Assembly: GCA_951406725.2 (NCBI GenBank)
Contig: OX597821.1
Location: forward strand, 8,184,001 to 8,248,000
DNA from: Octopus vulgaris
Taxonomy: Eukaryota
DNA: 64,000 nucleotides
Reading direction: 5' to 3'
The first letter of the stretch is position 1, and each line of letters opens with the position of its first letter. A program made the position numbers and the translations under genes. Below are positions 1 to 14,196 of this stretch, piece after piece. The notes under the pieces were generated by a model, which searched no databases, had not been told where the DNA came from, and worked only from the letters and a program-made list of their open reading frames with translations.

Positions 1-1880
1 GTCATCGATCTTCTTTAGGGGTTATTCCTGAAAGACCCTAGCGTTGAATCTAGAATCTTTATTTTACCGACTGAGTCTTATACTTTAAGCACTTCCCAGA
101 GCATGAGTATTTAAGTTCTGATACTGACATACGATAAGCTGACAACATTACAGTCCATCGTAACAATATACATCAAACGCAATTCTCTGGCTTTATTCAA
201 GAACTGAGACAGAGGGATAGGGAGAGAAAGATAAAAAATATATTGAAAAGAAAATGTAATAATGAAAATATAGTATTTTTCTGCATGACTTATTAATACA
301 CAATGAAAGATCTTTATTGCTAATGATATTTAAAAAAATGTAGCTAGACTCCTATGAGATAATCCAGTCCCAGATATGCAATATTCTAAGAAAAAGACGG
401 GATGATTGTAGCTAGAAAAGATTTCAATCATATATTTGTTCAGTCAAAACCGGTCTAAGGCCTTGATTGAAGATAATATTGGTCTCAAATTTTGGTACAA
501 GGCAAGCAACTTCAGGGGAGGGATAAGTCGATTGCAACTAGTGCTTATTTTATCAACCCTGAAAGGATGAAAGGCACAGTCGATCGGAGAAAGGCATAGT
601 CGACCTCAGCGGAATTTGAGCTCAAGACGTAATGGTGGACGAATTGATGCTAAGCATTTTGTCTGACCTGCTAACGATTTTGCCAACGATTCTTTAATAA
701 GAATATCATATTGCTTTCACATTTTAGTACAGATCCATCTATTTTGGGAGAAGGAGCAAGTCGATTATTTCGACCCCATTGTTCAACTGGTACTTATTTT
801 ACCGATCCCGAAAGGATGAAAGGTAAAGTGTATCTCGGCGGAATTTGAAGTCAGAACATAAAGAAGGACGAAATGCTGCTAAGCATTTTACCTGGCGTGC
901 TAACGGTTCTGCCGGCTCACTGCCTTTAACAAGAAAATAATACTAAAAACTATAATGAACAAAGACAATCTGTTAATACGTATTTATTTTTAAACTTAAA
1001 ACGCTGGTGGCAAAGTAATTTGAAGTCGAACTATAGATGGTGGGTGAAGATAATTCTCTCAGATCTCTACGCATTGGCCTGAAAGTTAATTCTTAAATAA
1101 AGATAAAAATTTCTCAAATACATTTATCTCTTAAGACTGAAAGTTCTAAATAACAATTTTATGAAATAAGAATTAAAATAAAAACTAATAGAAAAATTGA
1201 AATAAACAGTGTTGCTTTGAAAATGTTGTATTTTCCTGAGATGTCATTTTACTTGGTATAGCATCTCACTTGGTTGCGATGTGATCTCGTTGGAGTTCAA
1301 TTTGATAAGATGAAATTTTGTTATTTAGATCCTTAGATTGCTAAAGTGTTTAAATTTCCTCTGCTAGTATCATCGAGGCCAAACTTTTGCCATAATATAC
1401 TCCGCTAATACCATCGAGGAAAAGCTCTTACAAAATACCAGTAAATGTCTTGATTGAGTAGAGCTTTGCTATCACTTCAAGACATTACTTGTCTTCCAAA
1501 AGTGCAACTGAAACATTTCTTAGATTCATTCGCCATTCTTGAACTGTTAAAGCTACCCCAATATAACTTGTGGTTGTTATCGGGTGCCTTTAACGAACAT
1601 GATAATTCCAGCACTGACTCCTCGCCATGTTCGGGCCACGTAGAACTCTGACAAACGGTAAGACTAATAATCTCGGACCAATTCCGATTAATATTGCTGA
1701 GGTATGTTCTAGAAGCCGATAGCAGAATTTCATGACATAAGAATTCACGAAGCTGATATTCTGGTGAGCAAATACTGCCATCTCATTACGTTCAGAACAC
1801 CACGCTTCTGTCTTATTCCAATGGGCTGTTATAACCAGTTGACACCTTTCAATGGTTACTGTATCCTTTTACTGGTCACT

Positions 1881-2072
<192 letters not shown>

Positions 2073-2199
2073 AAGAAGAAGAGCGCGCTGTTATTGGTAA
2101 TGAATAGAGATTGGCTGTTTATGAATGTGAAAATGAAACGAATGAACAATATATTGACACTCCGTGTGTCTTTTACAAGTTCAACATATAAAATGTAAT

Positions 2200-3350
2200 T
2201 AAATTTAAAGATAGGAAACGCTGAACCATTCAAAATTGAACCGGAATAACTGCGTTTCTTTCCTTGTAAAACGACATCATCAGTCTTCGGTCTTTCACAA
2301 AAGGTAGCAGAAGGAAGGAAAGAAAGAAAAAAAAGAAAGAAAAGAATTGTGGAAAAAAATTATTTAGTCAAAAGTTTTAGTATAAATATGGTGGAATTCA
2401 CCTGCCATTTTATTAATTCCTCCAGTTCACAATATATCTATTCTCATGGGTTTTTAGGATTGGAAGTGCAGTAGAGTGAGGATATTTTTTGAGAATGTGC
2501 ACCTTCAGGTCTTCCTCAAATTTACACCAGTTTGATGTGAAATGCTCCACAAGTTCCGTGGAACCACTGTTATTGTGTCTGACGTCGTTTCTATGTCCGT
2601 TAACTCTTTTTTGTAATCGTTCTCTTGTGCAACCAACATAAATCATTTTGTTTGGTGCATTCCGCTGCATACACCAAACGGGAATTCTTATAGGCCGCTC
2701 CTTCTGTGTAAATCATAACATGTCTGTTATAATTCTTGATGGATTGGTCTGACTCATGTTATTGCACAACGAACAGAACTTATCTCTCTTTATGAGTGTT
2801 TTTGGGGATGCAGCGTTCAGAAACTCCGATGGAGTTTTTATTAAAGGTACTGGTCAATATTTCTCTAATATTTCTATTACGTCTAAAGGCTACAAAAGGC
2901 AGAAGATGAAATATTCGTCAGAAAGGAGGATATTTTTCTGAAATATGTTGGTAACTGTCATGCAACAATTTTGAAATGACAGCGAAACTTCGGTGTCTGT
3001 TAATCACTAAAAGAATTCGGCCATAAGCACTTTTCTGACTGCTAAAATTAGGCGTGAAAGTTTGATTATCACTACTAATTTCAGCTATGTCATTCGCGAT
3101 TTCATTTAATCTTGATTCACTATAACCGCGCTTTACATAATGCATGTTTTCAGTAATCCCCAAATATATGCGCAAATCTGTCTTATCCTCAAAAATTGGG
3201 ACTTCGGATTTGATCTGATTGTATGATGTGGATGACCAGAGGGCCGGTGGAGATAAATACGGGATGACATGGGTTTGCAAAATAATTCTGTGACTATTCG
3301 GCCTTCCGAAAACTTAACATTTGTGACCAAAAATTCAAATTTTGCAGCAA
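2200..3350 (-). mobile_element. Penelope-like element 3' remnant (RT thumb + GIY-YIG endonuclease)
   Basis: FCKPMSSRIYLHRPSGHPHHTIRSNPKSQFLRIRQIC (PLE thumb) and KMIYVGCTRERLQKRVNGHR (GIY-YIG); frameshifted. Confidence 0.8.
2240..2291 (-). ncRNA. Degenerate type I hammerhead motif downstream of a Penelope-like ORF
   Basis: Minus: accgaaga-CTGATGA-tgtcgttttacaaggaaa-GAAA-cgcag-TT-attccggt; core intact, helices I and II imperfect. Confidence 0.5.
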
Positions 3351-3361
3351 GAGCAGCCATT

Positions 3362-3669
3362 TTTGGATAGAGGATTAAGCCGATTACATCGACCCCAGTG
3401 TTTCACTGGCCTTTAATTTATCAACCCCGAAAGGATGAAAGGCAAAATCGACCCACAAAGGGCTAAACACAGAGAGTACAAACAAGGACAGACAAACGGA
3501 TTAAGTCGATTATATCGACCCCAGTGCGTAACTGGTACTTTTTTAATCGACCCCGAAAGGATGAAAGACAAAGTTGACCTCAGCAGAATTTGAACTCAGA
3601 ACGTAGCGGCAGACGAAAAACCGCTAAGCATTTCGTCCAGCGCGCTAACGATTCTGCCAGCTCGCCGCC

Positions 3670-3670
<1 letters not shown>
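3362..3670 (-). mobile_element. tRNA-derived SINE family A with an internal duplication; other copies about 482-690, 713-925, 33500-33710, 51985-52202, 58243-58375, 61038-61180
   Basis: Minus head GGCGGCGAGCTGGCAGAATCG..GAGTTCAAATTC and core TTTCATCCTTTCGGGGTCGAT, repeated 7 times in the window. Confidence 0.8.
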
Positions 3671-3742
<72 letters not shown>

Positions 3743-3784
3743 CTAGTTTCATCACTAGTTTGTGGTGTATGTATGCTTACGTTG

Positions 3785-4035
3785 TGAAGGCTTACGGTTA
3801 GGGTGTTCGGTTAACGGTCGTAAGATCGTAAGTTTGACTTCTGGCATTGCATTGTGTCCTTGAGCAAGACACTTTATTTCACATTGCTTCAGTGCACACA
3901 GCTGGCAATAACAAGTTGTACCTGTAATTCACAGGGTCAGCCATGTCCCATTGTGTTTCATGCTGTAACTCTCTGAGAACTACGTTGAGGGTACGCGTGT
4001 CTGTAAAGTGTTCAGCCACTTGCACATTAATTTCA
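3785..4035 (+). mobile_element. Old SINE: tRNA head + CORE-like segment + family B 3' half
   Basis: gtgtccttgagcaagacactt followed by gagaactacgttgagggtacgcgtgtctg. Confidence 0.6.
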
Positions 4036-4262
4036 CTCCCAGTAGAGTTCCAGCACACCGGACACCAACCCGGAATTTATGCTAATAGGGGCTATTGCTA
4101 GATAGTTGTTGAAATTAGACTAGGTTCATCCATCCTTTTGACAGGCCTTGTTTTTAGTCCTGCTGGGTTTCTAAGAAGCCTCCCAACCTAGCAAGCTTAG
4201 TACTACAGGCTGTAATGGGTTCCATGCTTCCAGTAGCATACACGTCTAGGAAGAGAGTTCAT

Positions 4263-4332
<70 letters not shown>

Positions 4333-4599
4333 TGTGTGTGTGTGAGTGAGTGAACGTTAGGTTAGTTAAAATATGTTTCTGACATATTCTAACTTCTAAA
4401 GGTAAATTCACTGCAGTTACCATGCGGAAAAATCGCCCATTGTAAAATGTGTAAATATACCATATCCACCTAGTGCTTCCCCCTATCGGATTTCCAGATG
4501 TTTCTGACTCTTTAGCCATCCTGAACGGAAAATAACGAAGTGACATAATCTTGGGTAGATTCAAAACCGTAGCTTTAACGAAAAGACAGTCAACATTAG

Positions 4600-5106
4600 T
4601 ATACATACATACATACATACATACATACATACATACATACATACATACATACATACATACATACATACATACATACATACATACATACATACATACATAC
4701 ATACATACATACATACATACATACATACATACATACATACATACATACATACATACATACATACATACATACATACATACATACATACATACATACATAC
4801 ATACATGCATACATACATACATACATACATACATAAATACATACATACATACATACATACAATACATAAATACATACATACATACATACATACATACATA
4901 CATACATACATGCATACACACATGCATACATACATACATACATACATGCATACATACATACATACATACATACATACATACATACATACATACATACATA
5001 CATACACACACATACATACATAAATACATACGTACATACAAACGTACATTAAAAACATACATACATACATATATACAAACATACATACATACGTACATGC
5101 ATACAT
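4600..5106. repeat. (TACA)n microsatellite
   Basis: Direct reading. Confidence 0.95.
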
Positions 5107-5432
5107 AGAAAATGCAAGAAAATACCTACGCTGAGCTATTGGAAATCTACAGATACTCTATCCAGATTTCAAATTCAGGTTTATACCTGTAGTTTTTGGG
5201 GCACTGAGATATGTAACACACTGCCTAAGTATCAATCTTGAGAAATTAGGCTTCTGAAAACCAGAATGGAGAAAGCTGATTCAAAGACTACAGATCCAAG
5301 CCATCACTGGAACTGTAAAAATCCGTGTTTATCATTTAAACATATACGTTTGAACAAGTTTAGACATGCAACTATACGCGTGAGAATACATACATAAAAC
5401 AAAACATACAAATCTGCCCATATACATACAAC
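5107..5432 (+). mobile_element. 3' fragment of the (TACA)n-associated RLE LINE group
   Basis: ENTYAELL/NLQILYPDFKFRFIPVVFGALRYVTHCL matches the C-terminus of the 29779-31330 element; flanked by (TACA)n. Confidence 0.7.
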
Positions 5433-5667
5433 CATACGTACATACATACATACATACATACATACATACATACATACATACATACATACATACATACATA
5501 CATACATGCATATATACATGCATAAATACATACATACATACATGCATACATACATACATACAAACATACATACATACAAAATACATACATGCATGCATGT
5601 GTACATACAAGCATACACGCATACATGCATACATGTATAGGTACATACATACGTACATACATACATA

Positions 5668-6047
5668 GGAGCACTCCGTCGGTTGCGACGATGAGGGTCC
5701 CAGCTGATACGATCAACGGAACAGCTTGCTCGTGATATTAACGTGCAAGTGGCTGAGCACTCCACAGACACGTGTACCCTTAACGTAGTTCTCGAGGAGA
5801 TTCAGCGTGACACAGAGTGTGACAAGGCCGGCCCTTTGAAATACAGGTACAACAGAAACAGGAAGTAAGAGTGAGAGAAAGTTGTGGTGAAAGAGTACAG
5901 CAGGGATCACCACCATCCCCTGCCGGAGCCTCGTGGAGCTTTAGGTGTTTTCGCTCAATAAACACTCACAACGCCCGGTCTGGGAATCGAAACCGCGATC
6001 CTACGACCGCGAGTCCGCTGCCCTAACCACTGGGCCATTGCGCCTCC
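5668..6047 (-). mobile_element. SINE family B copy
   Basis: Near-identical reverse complement of 46621-47001. Confidence 0.85.
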
Positions 6048-6087
6048 ACACATACATACATACATACATACGTACATACCTATATAG

Positions 6088-6846
6088 GCATGCATCATCA
6101 TGGCAATCCCTCAAGGTCGAGGATGATGGTCTTCGCGCAAATTTACTGGTGAGTCCGTAGGTGACCGATAAGACCAATTCTTGCTTGAAAAGATCGGTCA
6201 CAGTGCGGACATCTAGTGCCGGAAGGGAGAGTCGCACGTGGTTGTTGTTGGCGCTCCTTCCGTTGTCGTCTTTTCTCCTCCAACTCTGCAGACCTTTTCG
6301 ACTCGAAATTCGCCGTTCCCTCATGGATGGTGGTTTTCCAGAGTGGTCTGTTTTTTGCCGTTTCCTCCCAGTTGGTGAAGTCAATGTCACACTTTTTGAG
6401 GTTCGATTTCAGGGAGTCCTTGTAGCGTTTCTTCTGGCCTCCTTTTGTACGCTTGCCGTCTTTGAGTTGGGAGTAGAAGATATGTTTGGGAAGACGTTCG
6501 TCAGTCATTCTAACCACGTGGCCGCTCCATCTTAGTTGGCCTTTGATGACATAGGCTTCGATGCTGGTCATTTTTGCTTCTTGTAGCACGCTGACGTGAG
6601 TTCTTCTGTCTTCCCAGCTGATGTTGAGGATCTTCCGAAGACAGCGTTGGTGAAATTTCTCGAGCGTTTTCAGGTGGTGACTATACGGGGTCCAGGTTTC
6701 GGATGCGTAAAGGTGGGTTGGAATAATGACTGCCCTGTACACTATGAGTTTGAAATCCAACACCGTCTGAAGTGTGCAGGAACAGCTTTCGGCAAGCTTC
6801 GAACAAGAGTTTTTGCTGATTGGGACATCCGAACCGAAACCAAACT
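6088..6846 (-). mobile_element. RTE-clade LINE, 5'-truncated
   Basis: LYASETWT..LEKFHQRCLRKILNISWEDR..QLRWSGHVVRM..CPHCDRSFQARIGLIGHLRTH; short 3' UTR with (ATG)n tail. Confidence 0.9.
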
Positions 6847-7082
6847 CATGCATGCAAACATGCATATACACATGCATATATACATACAAACATACATACA
6901 TGCATACATATATACATGCATGCATGTATGCATGTATATATACATACAAAATACATACATGCATGTATACATACAAGCATACATGCATACATGTATAGGT
7001 ACATACATACATACATACATACATACATACATACACACATACGTACACACATACATATATACATTCATACATAATACATACA

Positions 7083-7354
7083 TACCTGTAATCATTGGGG
7101 CCCTGGGATATGTAACACACTGCCTAAATACCAATCTTGAGAAATTAAGCTTCACAAAATCAGGAGAAAGCTAATTCGAAGACTACAGATCCAATCCATC
7201 ACCGGAACTGTAAAAATCTGTAAAATTTTCCAGAAGTTTATCATTTAAATATATATGTTACATGTTACCAGTAGCCCTCGAAAGTGACCTGACATACATA
7301 CATACATAAATACATACATATATACATACATACATACATACATACATACATACA

Positions 7355-7385
<31 letters not shown>

Positions 7386-7510
7386 GTACATACATACAAA
7401 AATACCCTGTTGATGTTGAAATTCGAATGAAGGAGCCTTGGATCTAGGTTAGAAACCGGTTCTTTCTCTATTGGCAAGAAATCTTGAAATAAACTGAATA
7501 ATGACCTACA
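7083..7510 (+). mobile_element. 3' fragment of the same RLE LINE group including terminal UTR; UTR-only pieces at 44143-44254 (-) and about 51005-51110
   Basis: IPVIIGALGYVTHCLNTNLEKL; UTR 7400-7510 is the reverse complement of 44143-44254. Confidence 0.7.
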
Positions 7511-8037
7511 TATATGCATGATGGGCCCTCAACGAGAACGACGTATAACGATCTAATTGTTTGTCCATTTTCTGATCAATCTAGAAGCTGAAGAAGTGTG
7601 TGAAGTGGCCGAGTATTCTACGGGCACAGGTATTCTTAATGCAATTATCAGGTAGAAGTATCGTTACACATTGTTCTTATGTTTTGGCATTTAAATTACT
7701 AGTAGAATTCATTCGATGGGATTCCACACAATTTTGGCCACGTTGCTCCGCAGTGGGATCGAAACCAGTTTGTTACGCTTGTTAAGCTCATAACCACACG
7801 CTTTTACTCAACCAATCCCACACATAAACACACACACGCACACACACATACTCTCTCTCACACACACATACACACAAAATGTACTGTTTTGTTATGGTAA
7901 GACCAACATAAAATGTAAACCATCTGGTGAGAGCTAAATGTTATTTAATATGCACAATACATGTTTTTATGAGCTACTAATAGTTTCATATGTTGAGAAA
8001 TACCTCAAACCACATACCATAACGACCTAAAAATTGA

Positions 8038-9214
8038 ATGTATGTATGTATGTATGTATGTATGTGTGTATGTATGTATGTATGTATTTATGTATGTATG
8101 TATGTATGTATGCATGTATGTATGTATGTATGTATGTATGTATGCATGTATGTATGTATGTATGTATGTATGTATGTATGTATGTATGTATGCATGTATG
8201 TATGTATGTATGTATGCATGCATGCATGCATGCATGTATGTATGTATGTATGTATGCATGCATGCATGTATGTATGTATGTATGTATGTATGTATGTATG
8301 TATGTATGTATGTATGTATGTATGTATGTATGTATGTATGCATGCATGTATGTATGTATGTATGTATGTATGTATGTATGTATGTATGTATGTATGTATG
8401 TATGTATGCATGCATGTATGTATGTATGTATGTATGTATGTATGTATGTATGCATGCATGCATGCATGTATGTATGTATGTATGTATGTATGTATGTATG
8501 CATGCATGCATGTATGTATGTATGTATGTATGTATGTATGTATGTATGTATGTATGTATGTATGTATGTATGTATGTATGTATGTATGTATGTATGTATG
8601 TATGTATGAATGCATGCATGCATGCATGCATGCATGTATGTATGTATGTATGCATGCATGTATGTATGTATGTATGTATGTATGTATGTATGCATGCATG
8701 CATGTATGTATGTATGCATGCATGTATGTATGTATGTATGTATGTATGTATGTATGTATGTATGCATGTATGTATGTATGTATGTATGTATGTATGTATG
8801 TATGTATGTATGTATGCATGCATGTATGTATGTATGTATGCATGCATATATGTATGTATGTATGTATGCATGCATGTATGTATGTATGCATGCATGTATG
8901 TATGTATGTATGTATGTATGCATGCATGCATGTATGTATGCATGTATGTATGTATGTATGTATGTATGTATGTATGCATGCATGCATGCATGTATGTATA
9001 TATGTATGTATGCATGTATGTATGCATGTATGCATGTATGTATGTATGTATGTATGTATGCATGCATGCATGTATGTATGTATGTATGTATGTATGTATG
9101 TATGTATGTATGCATGCATGCATGCATGTATGTATGTATGTATGTATGTGTGTATGTATGTATGTATGTATGTATGTATGTATGTATGTATGTATGCATG
9201 TATGTATGTATGTA
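8038..9214. repeat. 1.18-kb (TATG/CATG)n microsatellite
   Basis: Direct reading. Confidence 0.95.
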
Positions 9215-9215
9215 T

Positions 9216-10236
9216 ATCTTAATATAAATTTGAGTGGTGTTTCTCTGTCCGTTGCGTTTTTATGTTCGCTAACTCCTCCTAAACAGTTGTGGAAGGACAA
9301 CGAAACTCAAACCAGCAACTTTCCTAATCCCAGGGAATGTCCCTAAGGGGGTCTGTTTTTTTAAGGGCCGCCTAATTGGGGACCCACTGATCCCTACTAT
9401 TTTTACTGCATTTTAAACTAAATACATGACATTGGCGACCAAATTGGAGCAATGGCAATGGATTTCATACCATGAACTCCCAAGGAATATCGCAAGGAGG
9501 TTCAATTTCTGAAGGGCCGCTTAAATAGGGTCGCATTGGTCCCTCTATTTTTACTGTATTTACCTCGCTCCTACGCTTATTGATTAAACTATGATAAGCA
9601 TCAGTGCTTAGCACATTTGCAGAAATAAGTTTGGGTATTCTAAATACCTTCACGTACATTCATATCGAGATAAAGAGTTATAAGAGGTACGTTTCAAACG
9701 TGGTAGCGCGGATATTTATATTTTGAGGTTTATGAAACTTATGTCTCGGTGGAAAACTAATCTTTCTGTCCGGTTGGGCCTTGGTGCTTGGGCCTTCAGC
9801 CTCAGAGTTCTAGAGATTTTTCTACCTTACAAAGTTCCCAAAAGCCCTCCTCTGGAGCTAGCCTGAAGGCCGTCTAAAAGGCGGCTTCAAGGTTATAAAC
9901 TTAACTGTAAGTCTTATAGGAAGCTGTAAGTCGAACTAGAAACTAGCTGTATGTCTATCGGAAAAGCTAGCAGAAAGCGGTTCAAGGGTTGATACACCGA
10001 CACACAGTCACAGAGGTGGAATTCACGTTACATGTTGAATGAATAACATATTTCGGGAAGGGAGTATCGGATAATTAATACCAGGAGGTAAATATACAAT
10101 GAATGTGTCGGAGTCAATTACATTACCGAAGGGTAGAGGGCCCCGAAGCGGCTGGAGAGCAGAATCGAAGGCCTCAAAGGTGCCCTCTGCAAGAAGACCC
10201 AGACTGAATGCTGCCTGCAGGGTGGCTTCAAGTTTA

Positions 10237-10238
<2 letters not shown>
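9216..10238 (+). mobile_element. Helitron-like non-autonomous element; shorter copy at 22056-22574
   Basis: 5' TCTTAATATAAA; shares about 400 bp with the 22-kb copy; 3' GC hairpin + (C/T)TAG-T. Confidence 0.6.
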
Positions 10239-10272
<34 letters not shown>

Positions 10273-10395
10273 TCAACAATATAAGGAATGGCCATAATAG
10301 GACATTCGACTCACTAGAAAGAGCAGCCAAACTCACACCGCTAAATAGTTGTAATTCTGAAATAGAAAGACAAATAAAAACGTTTACCCCTTTCA

Positions 10396-10479
10396 TCTCT
10401 GGACTATGCATAGTTTCTGCAAACTTTGTAAACAAATTAATTAAATTAAATTAAATATTTACATCTGGCGTGCCTCGTC

Positions 10480-10480
<1 letters not shown>
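10396..10480 (-). ncRNA. 5'-truncated hammerhead motif (same family as 17672-17760)
   Basis: Minus: TGACGA-ggca...tgtaaa..tttaca..tgca-GAAA-ctatgcatag-TC-cagaga; C3 and the 5' strand of helix I are replaced by (TA)n. Confidence 0.55.
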
Positions 10481-10524
<44 letters not shown>

Positions 10525-10710
10525 TCTGTATGGAAAGGGCAACAGAAAATCATTCGAGTAGCCATGGCAAATGTAGTCATGGTAGCCAAAGTTCCAGTAA
10601 TCTATCTAACGGTGACAGAGGAGAGTACAAGCCCCCTCAGGTCGAAGAGAGAAGACTGGAGAGGTTCACATATACAGGTCTCGGCCAAGAGCAGACCATT
10701 GGGTGACTAT

Positions 10711-10863
<153 letters not shown>

Positions 10864-11391
10864 TGACACATATCAAACTTCATACAAGATATTGCACGAA
10901 ACTCTCGGCCCCTGAGTCGCTTTGTAATTTTTACTGATTAATAAAAATAGTATATATATACTAAGGTTCTGTGTTCTATTTTTTGCTTTCGTCGCCAAAC
11001 CTCCCCCCCGCCCCTCCTCCCCTCCTCCCTAAATGATAACACTTTAGTATAAGTGACGTTGAATCATTATATTCTCCCTTACTCAGAAAAAAGGCAAATA
11101 AAATAATATAACCTAAGAGAAAGCTTAAGGTAAATAAACAAAAACCGCCTACCTACCTACCTACCTACCTACCTACCTACCTACCTATATGCCTTCCTAC
11201 TTACTTACATATATAAACATGTAGGTATGTATGTTTGCGCATGTGAATATGTATATATATATATATATGTGCATACATGCGTGTATGTGTTTGTTTATAG
11301 AACAGTGTGAACCGCCTGTATGATAAGCGACCGAAAATAAATGGTTACAACACGTTTTTCTGTGTATGTTTGGTATATGAAGATGAATGTA

Positions 11392-11449
<58 letters not shown>

Positions 11450-11764
11450 CGCGTGTGTGAGCGGCCATGTGTATGTGCATGTATGTGCATATAAGTTGAT
11501 ATGATGCAACGCCTAGTGAATGAGTACTTACAATGTTTTTGTTTACAGCTCCTTGCTGCTGGCTCGTCATATGGCGAACCAGGAAGATGCCACCCTACAC
11601 CAGTTCTCCTGCTAGCTTTTTCAAGCTATGTGCAGTAGCTTGATGCTTTGTAACACAAAGATAACTCAAGGGAAGTGAGGGGGGGTCTCCGACGGAAGTA
11701 AATTATGAGAGTGGGGTGGCCAAGTTTGCGTTATCTCCTTTTCTGCATGAAATGGCATGCTCTA

Positions 11765-12230
11765 GATCAAGAATTCTCAAACATTTCTTTTTTCTCTATG
11801 GAATACTTCGTTTACTATTTTATTTTAGTGGACCCTCATAGCCACCCGAAGGTTAAAGATACCTTTTTGAAAAGAGAAAAGGTAAGGAACAGGACAATTG
11901 AAAAGGAAAGCAAAGAGGGGAAAAAAGAGATAGACAGAGACAGAGAGAGTCAGAATTTCGGAAGAAAGATAGACAAAAATATTGTTTGTTTTGGAGACAA
12001 GAGAGGAAGAAGAAAAAGATATTTTTGGGAGTAGGACAATGGGATAAAAGTAAAGAGTGGGAGAAATGATAGATAGATAGAGAGAGGTTTCTTTTCAATC
12101 TGATATGGTCAAATCATCGAAATTTCATCACAAAGCATTTTTTCTTTTTTTTTTCCACTTCCTCCTCTTTCCTTTCTCATTGTATACCTGTCAGCATATT
12201 TGTAAATAAACATTTTCTCATTTATGACCT
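11765..12230 (+). mobile_element. Degenerate non-autonomous DNA element (hAT-like end); inverted relative at about 14800-15090
   Basis: caagaattctcaaac..gtggaccc start; 12068-12111 is the reverse complement of 14919-14961. Confidence 0.45.
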
Positions 12231-12234
12231 TTCT

Positions 12235-13545
12235 GTCTCAGAAGGTACTATACTTACAAGCTTTGACGTCACTAATCTTTATACAAGCATACCCCACACT
12301 TTGGGCCCGGATACCGTCAAACACTGGTAGAAAAACATAGAAGATGGATAAACGACCGCTTCCAACCTGACTTCACTACCAAGACCACGCGCTTGGTACT
12401 AGAAGAAAACACCTTAGATTCGATAATACAATATATCGACAGATAAAGAGCACAGCTATAGAGAAGAGGTTTGCACTGTCATTTGCTAATCTAGTCATGG
12501 GATACTTGGATGAAAAGCTTTACGAGGAAGTAGAGAGAACTTTTAATCATGATTGCATAAAATATGCCATTAAAAAGTGGAAACGCTTCCACGGTGACTG
12601 ATTCATCTTTTGGGAGAAATCAGATGAGGACCTACAAATATTTAATACCATACTCAACACACTTCACCCATCTATCAAATTCACGACAGAAACTAGTTGC
12701 AATGAATTACCATTCCTTGATATCCACATAAAAATACACAAGTCCACACTCAACAAATATATTTTACAAAAAAAAAAACAAAAAAACCGGACACGCACCA
12801 ATATTTGAATTTCTACTCTTGCCATCCTTCACACATCAAAATTAATAAAAAATGGCATTAAAAGGCGATGAAGCTGAACATCACACAATTAAGGACTCCA
12901 AAAGAAAAAAAATTAATAAACACACGATTCCGTTTATCAATACACACAATCTTGGGGTAGCCAACATCTTTCACCTCATAAAATCAAATCTATCAATGCT
13001 TCAACAAAGTCCCAAAATGAAAAATCTGATTGATGAAAATCTCCTACGAAATAGCAGACGTCAACCAAAAAATCTCAAAAAGCAATTCTCAAGGGAAAAA
13101 TTCACATCATCGAATGAGTTAGGTTTCTCCGTAAAAGAAAGTGGAGATAACGGATGTGGAACATGCAACAACAACAACAGCTTCAAATATTTAGAAAGTG
13201 GTTGCCACATAAAATTCGAGAGTGGATTTTTGTTCAAAGTAAATGCAGATATGAACTGCAAGACACAGAATATCATATACTGCATTACTTGCCCCAGCTG
13301 CAAGGAAAATTATATTGACAAAACAAACAATTCCCTTTGCCAACGTGCAGGAATCCACAGATAACACATCCGACAAGGGGAACTACGAAAGATTCCACTG
13401 AGCAAGCATCTGTAAATATGCGGTGAAGGAAAATTCAAACTCTTCACTTTCTACAAATGTTTTAGAGATGACTCAAAGTTCCGAAAGGCAATGGAGCTGC
13501 ACTTCATCAAAGAACTTCTCTCCAAAATTGAATGTTTGAAAGAGA
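12235..13545 (+). mobile_element. Penelope-like element, decayed RT + GIY-YIG
   Basis: LTSFDVTNLYTSIPH at about 12253, LPFLDI at about 12707, CGTC...MNCKTQNIIYCITCPSCKENYIDKT; multiple stops and frameshifts. Confidence 0.85.
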
Positions 13546-13956
13546 AGCAGAGGAACTACATCTTGTCAAAAAGATTGGTAAGAGAAACAGACAATATGCA
13601 TGAACACCTCTTCAAATGAAGCAAACCATGAACACTACATGGTTAGCTCAGACAGACACTGTGCCCAGCAAATACGACTGGAGAGAAATAATGCAAATGA
13701 ATGCTTCAATGAATAATATATTACTGTCTAACAATATTCACATACCATGTAAGGTGGCATCAATGTATGCCAGATGGTTTTGGTGTCTGTTAAGAGAACT
13801 TCTTCATGCTCATTTTATTTTTTATTAATAGTAATAATGATGGGTGAAGAGAAAACATTTATATTACACTGTTACTGTTGTCTCTGAATGTGGTTCCAAT
13901 GTTAAAAATGTGATGCTCATCTCTAGTTATACCAACAAAATAAACGGTCAGATATG

Positions 13957-14196
13957 CAGGGTGGTCCAAAAGTAGCTTTATAGTTATTCAACTTATCTCT
14001 TTTGCATTCATATATTAACAGTTTTGATCTTAATTATAATAAAAAATATGAAACCATTATTCTATGCTAATTTAGTTAATTTTGTCAAGCTCTCTCTTTT
14101 TAGTTTGTAAGATAGAAATTTAAATGTAATAAAATGTTTTAAAAGAAATTTAAAGTGCCTACGTGGTAACTGTAAACCTACATTTGGGCCACCCTG
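13957..14196. mobile_element. Tc1/mariner-type MITE
   Basis: About 29-bp TIR cagggtggtccaaaagtagctttatagtt / aactgtaaacctacatttgggccaccctg. Confidence 0.7.

Noticed and set aside
1400-1800. Possible mariner HTH relic on minus strand
   Set aside because: Only faint similarity (LREFLCHE..NIN..GEES); no TIRs or catalytic motifs found.
4036-4260. Possible RTE 5' UTR with HDV-like ribozyme (similar stretch near 31990-32160)
   Set aside because: Could not fold the nested double pseudoknot by eye; needs a descriptor search.
8005-9346. ORFs over 400 aa of MYVC/HTYI repeats (and all similar YI, HT, LSIY ORFs)
   Set aside because: Stop-free translations of tetra- and dinucleotide microsatellites.
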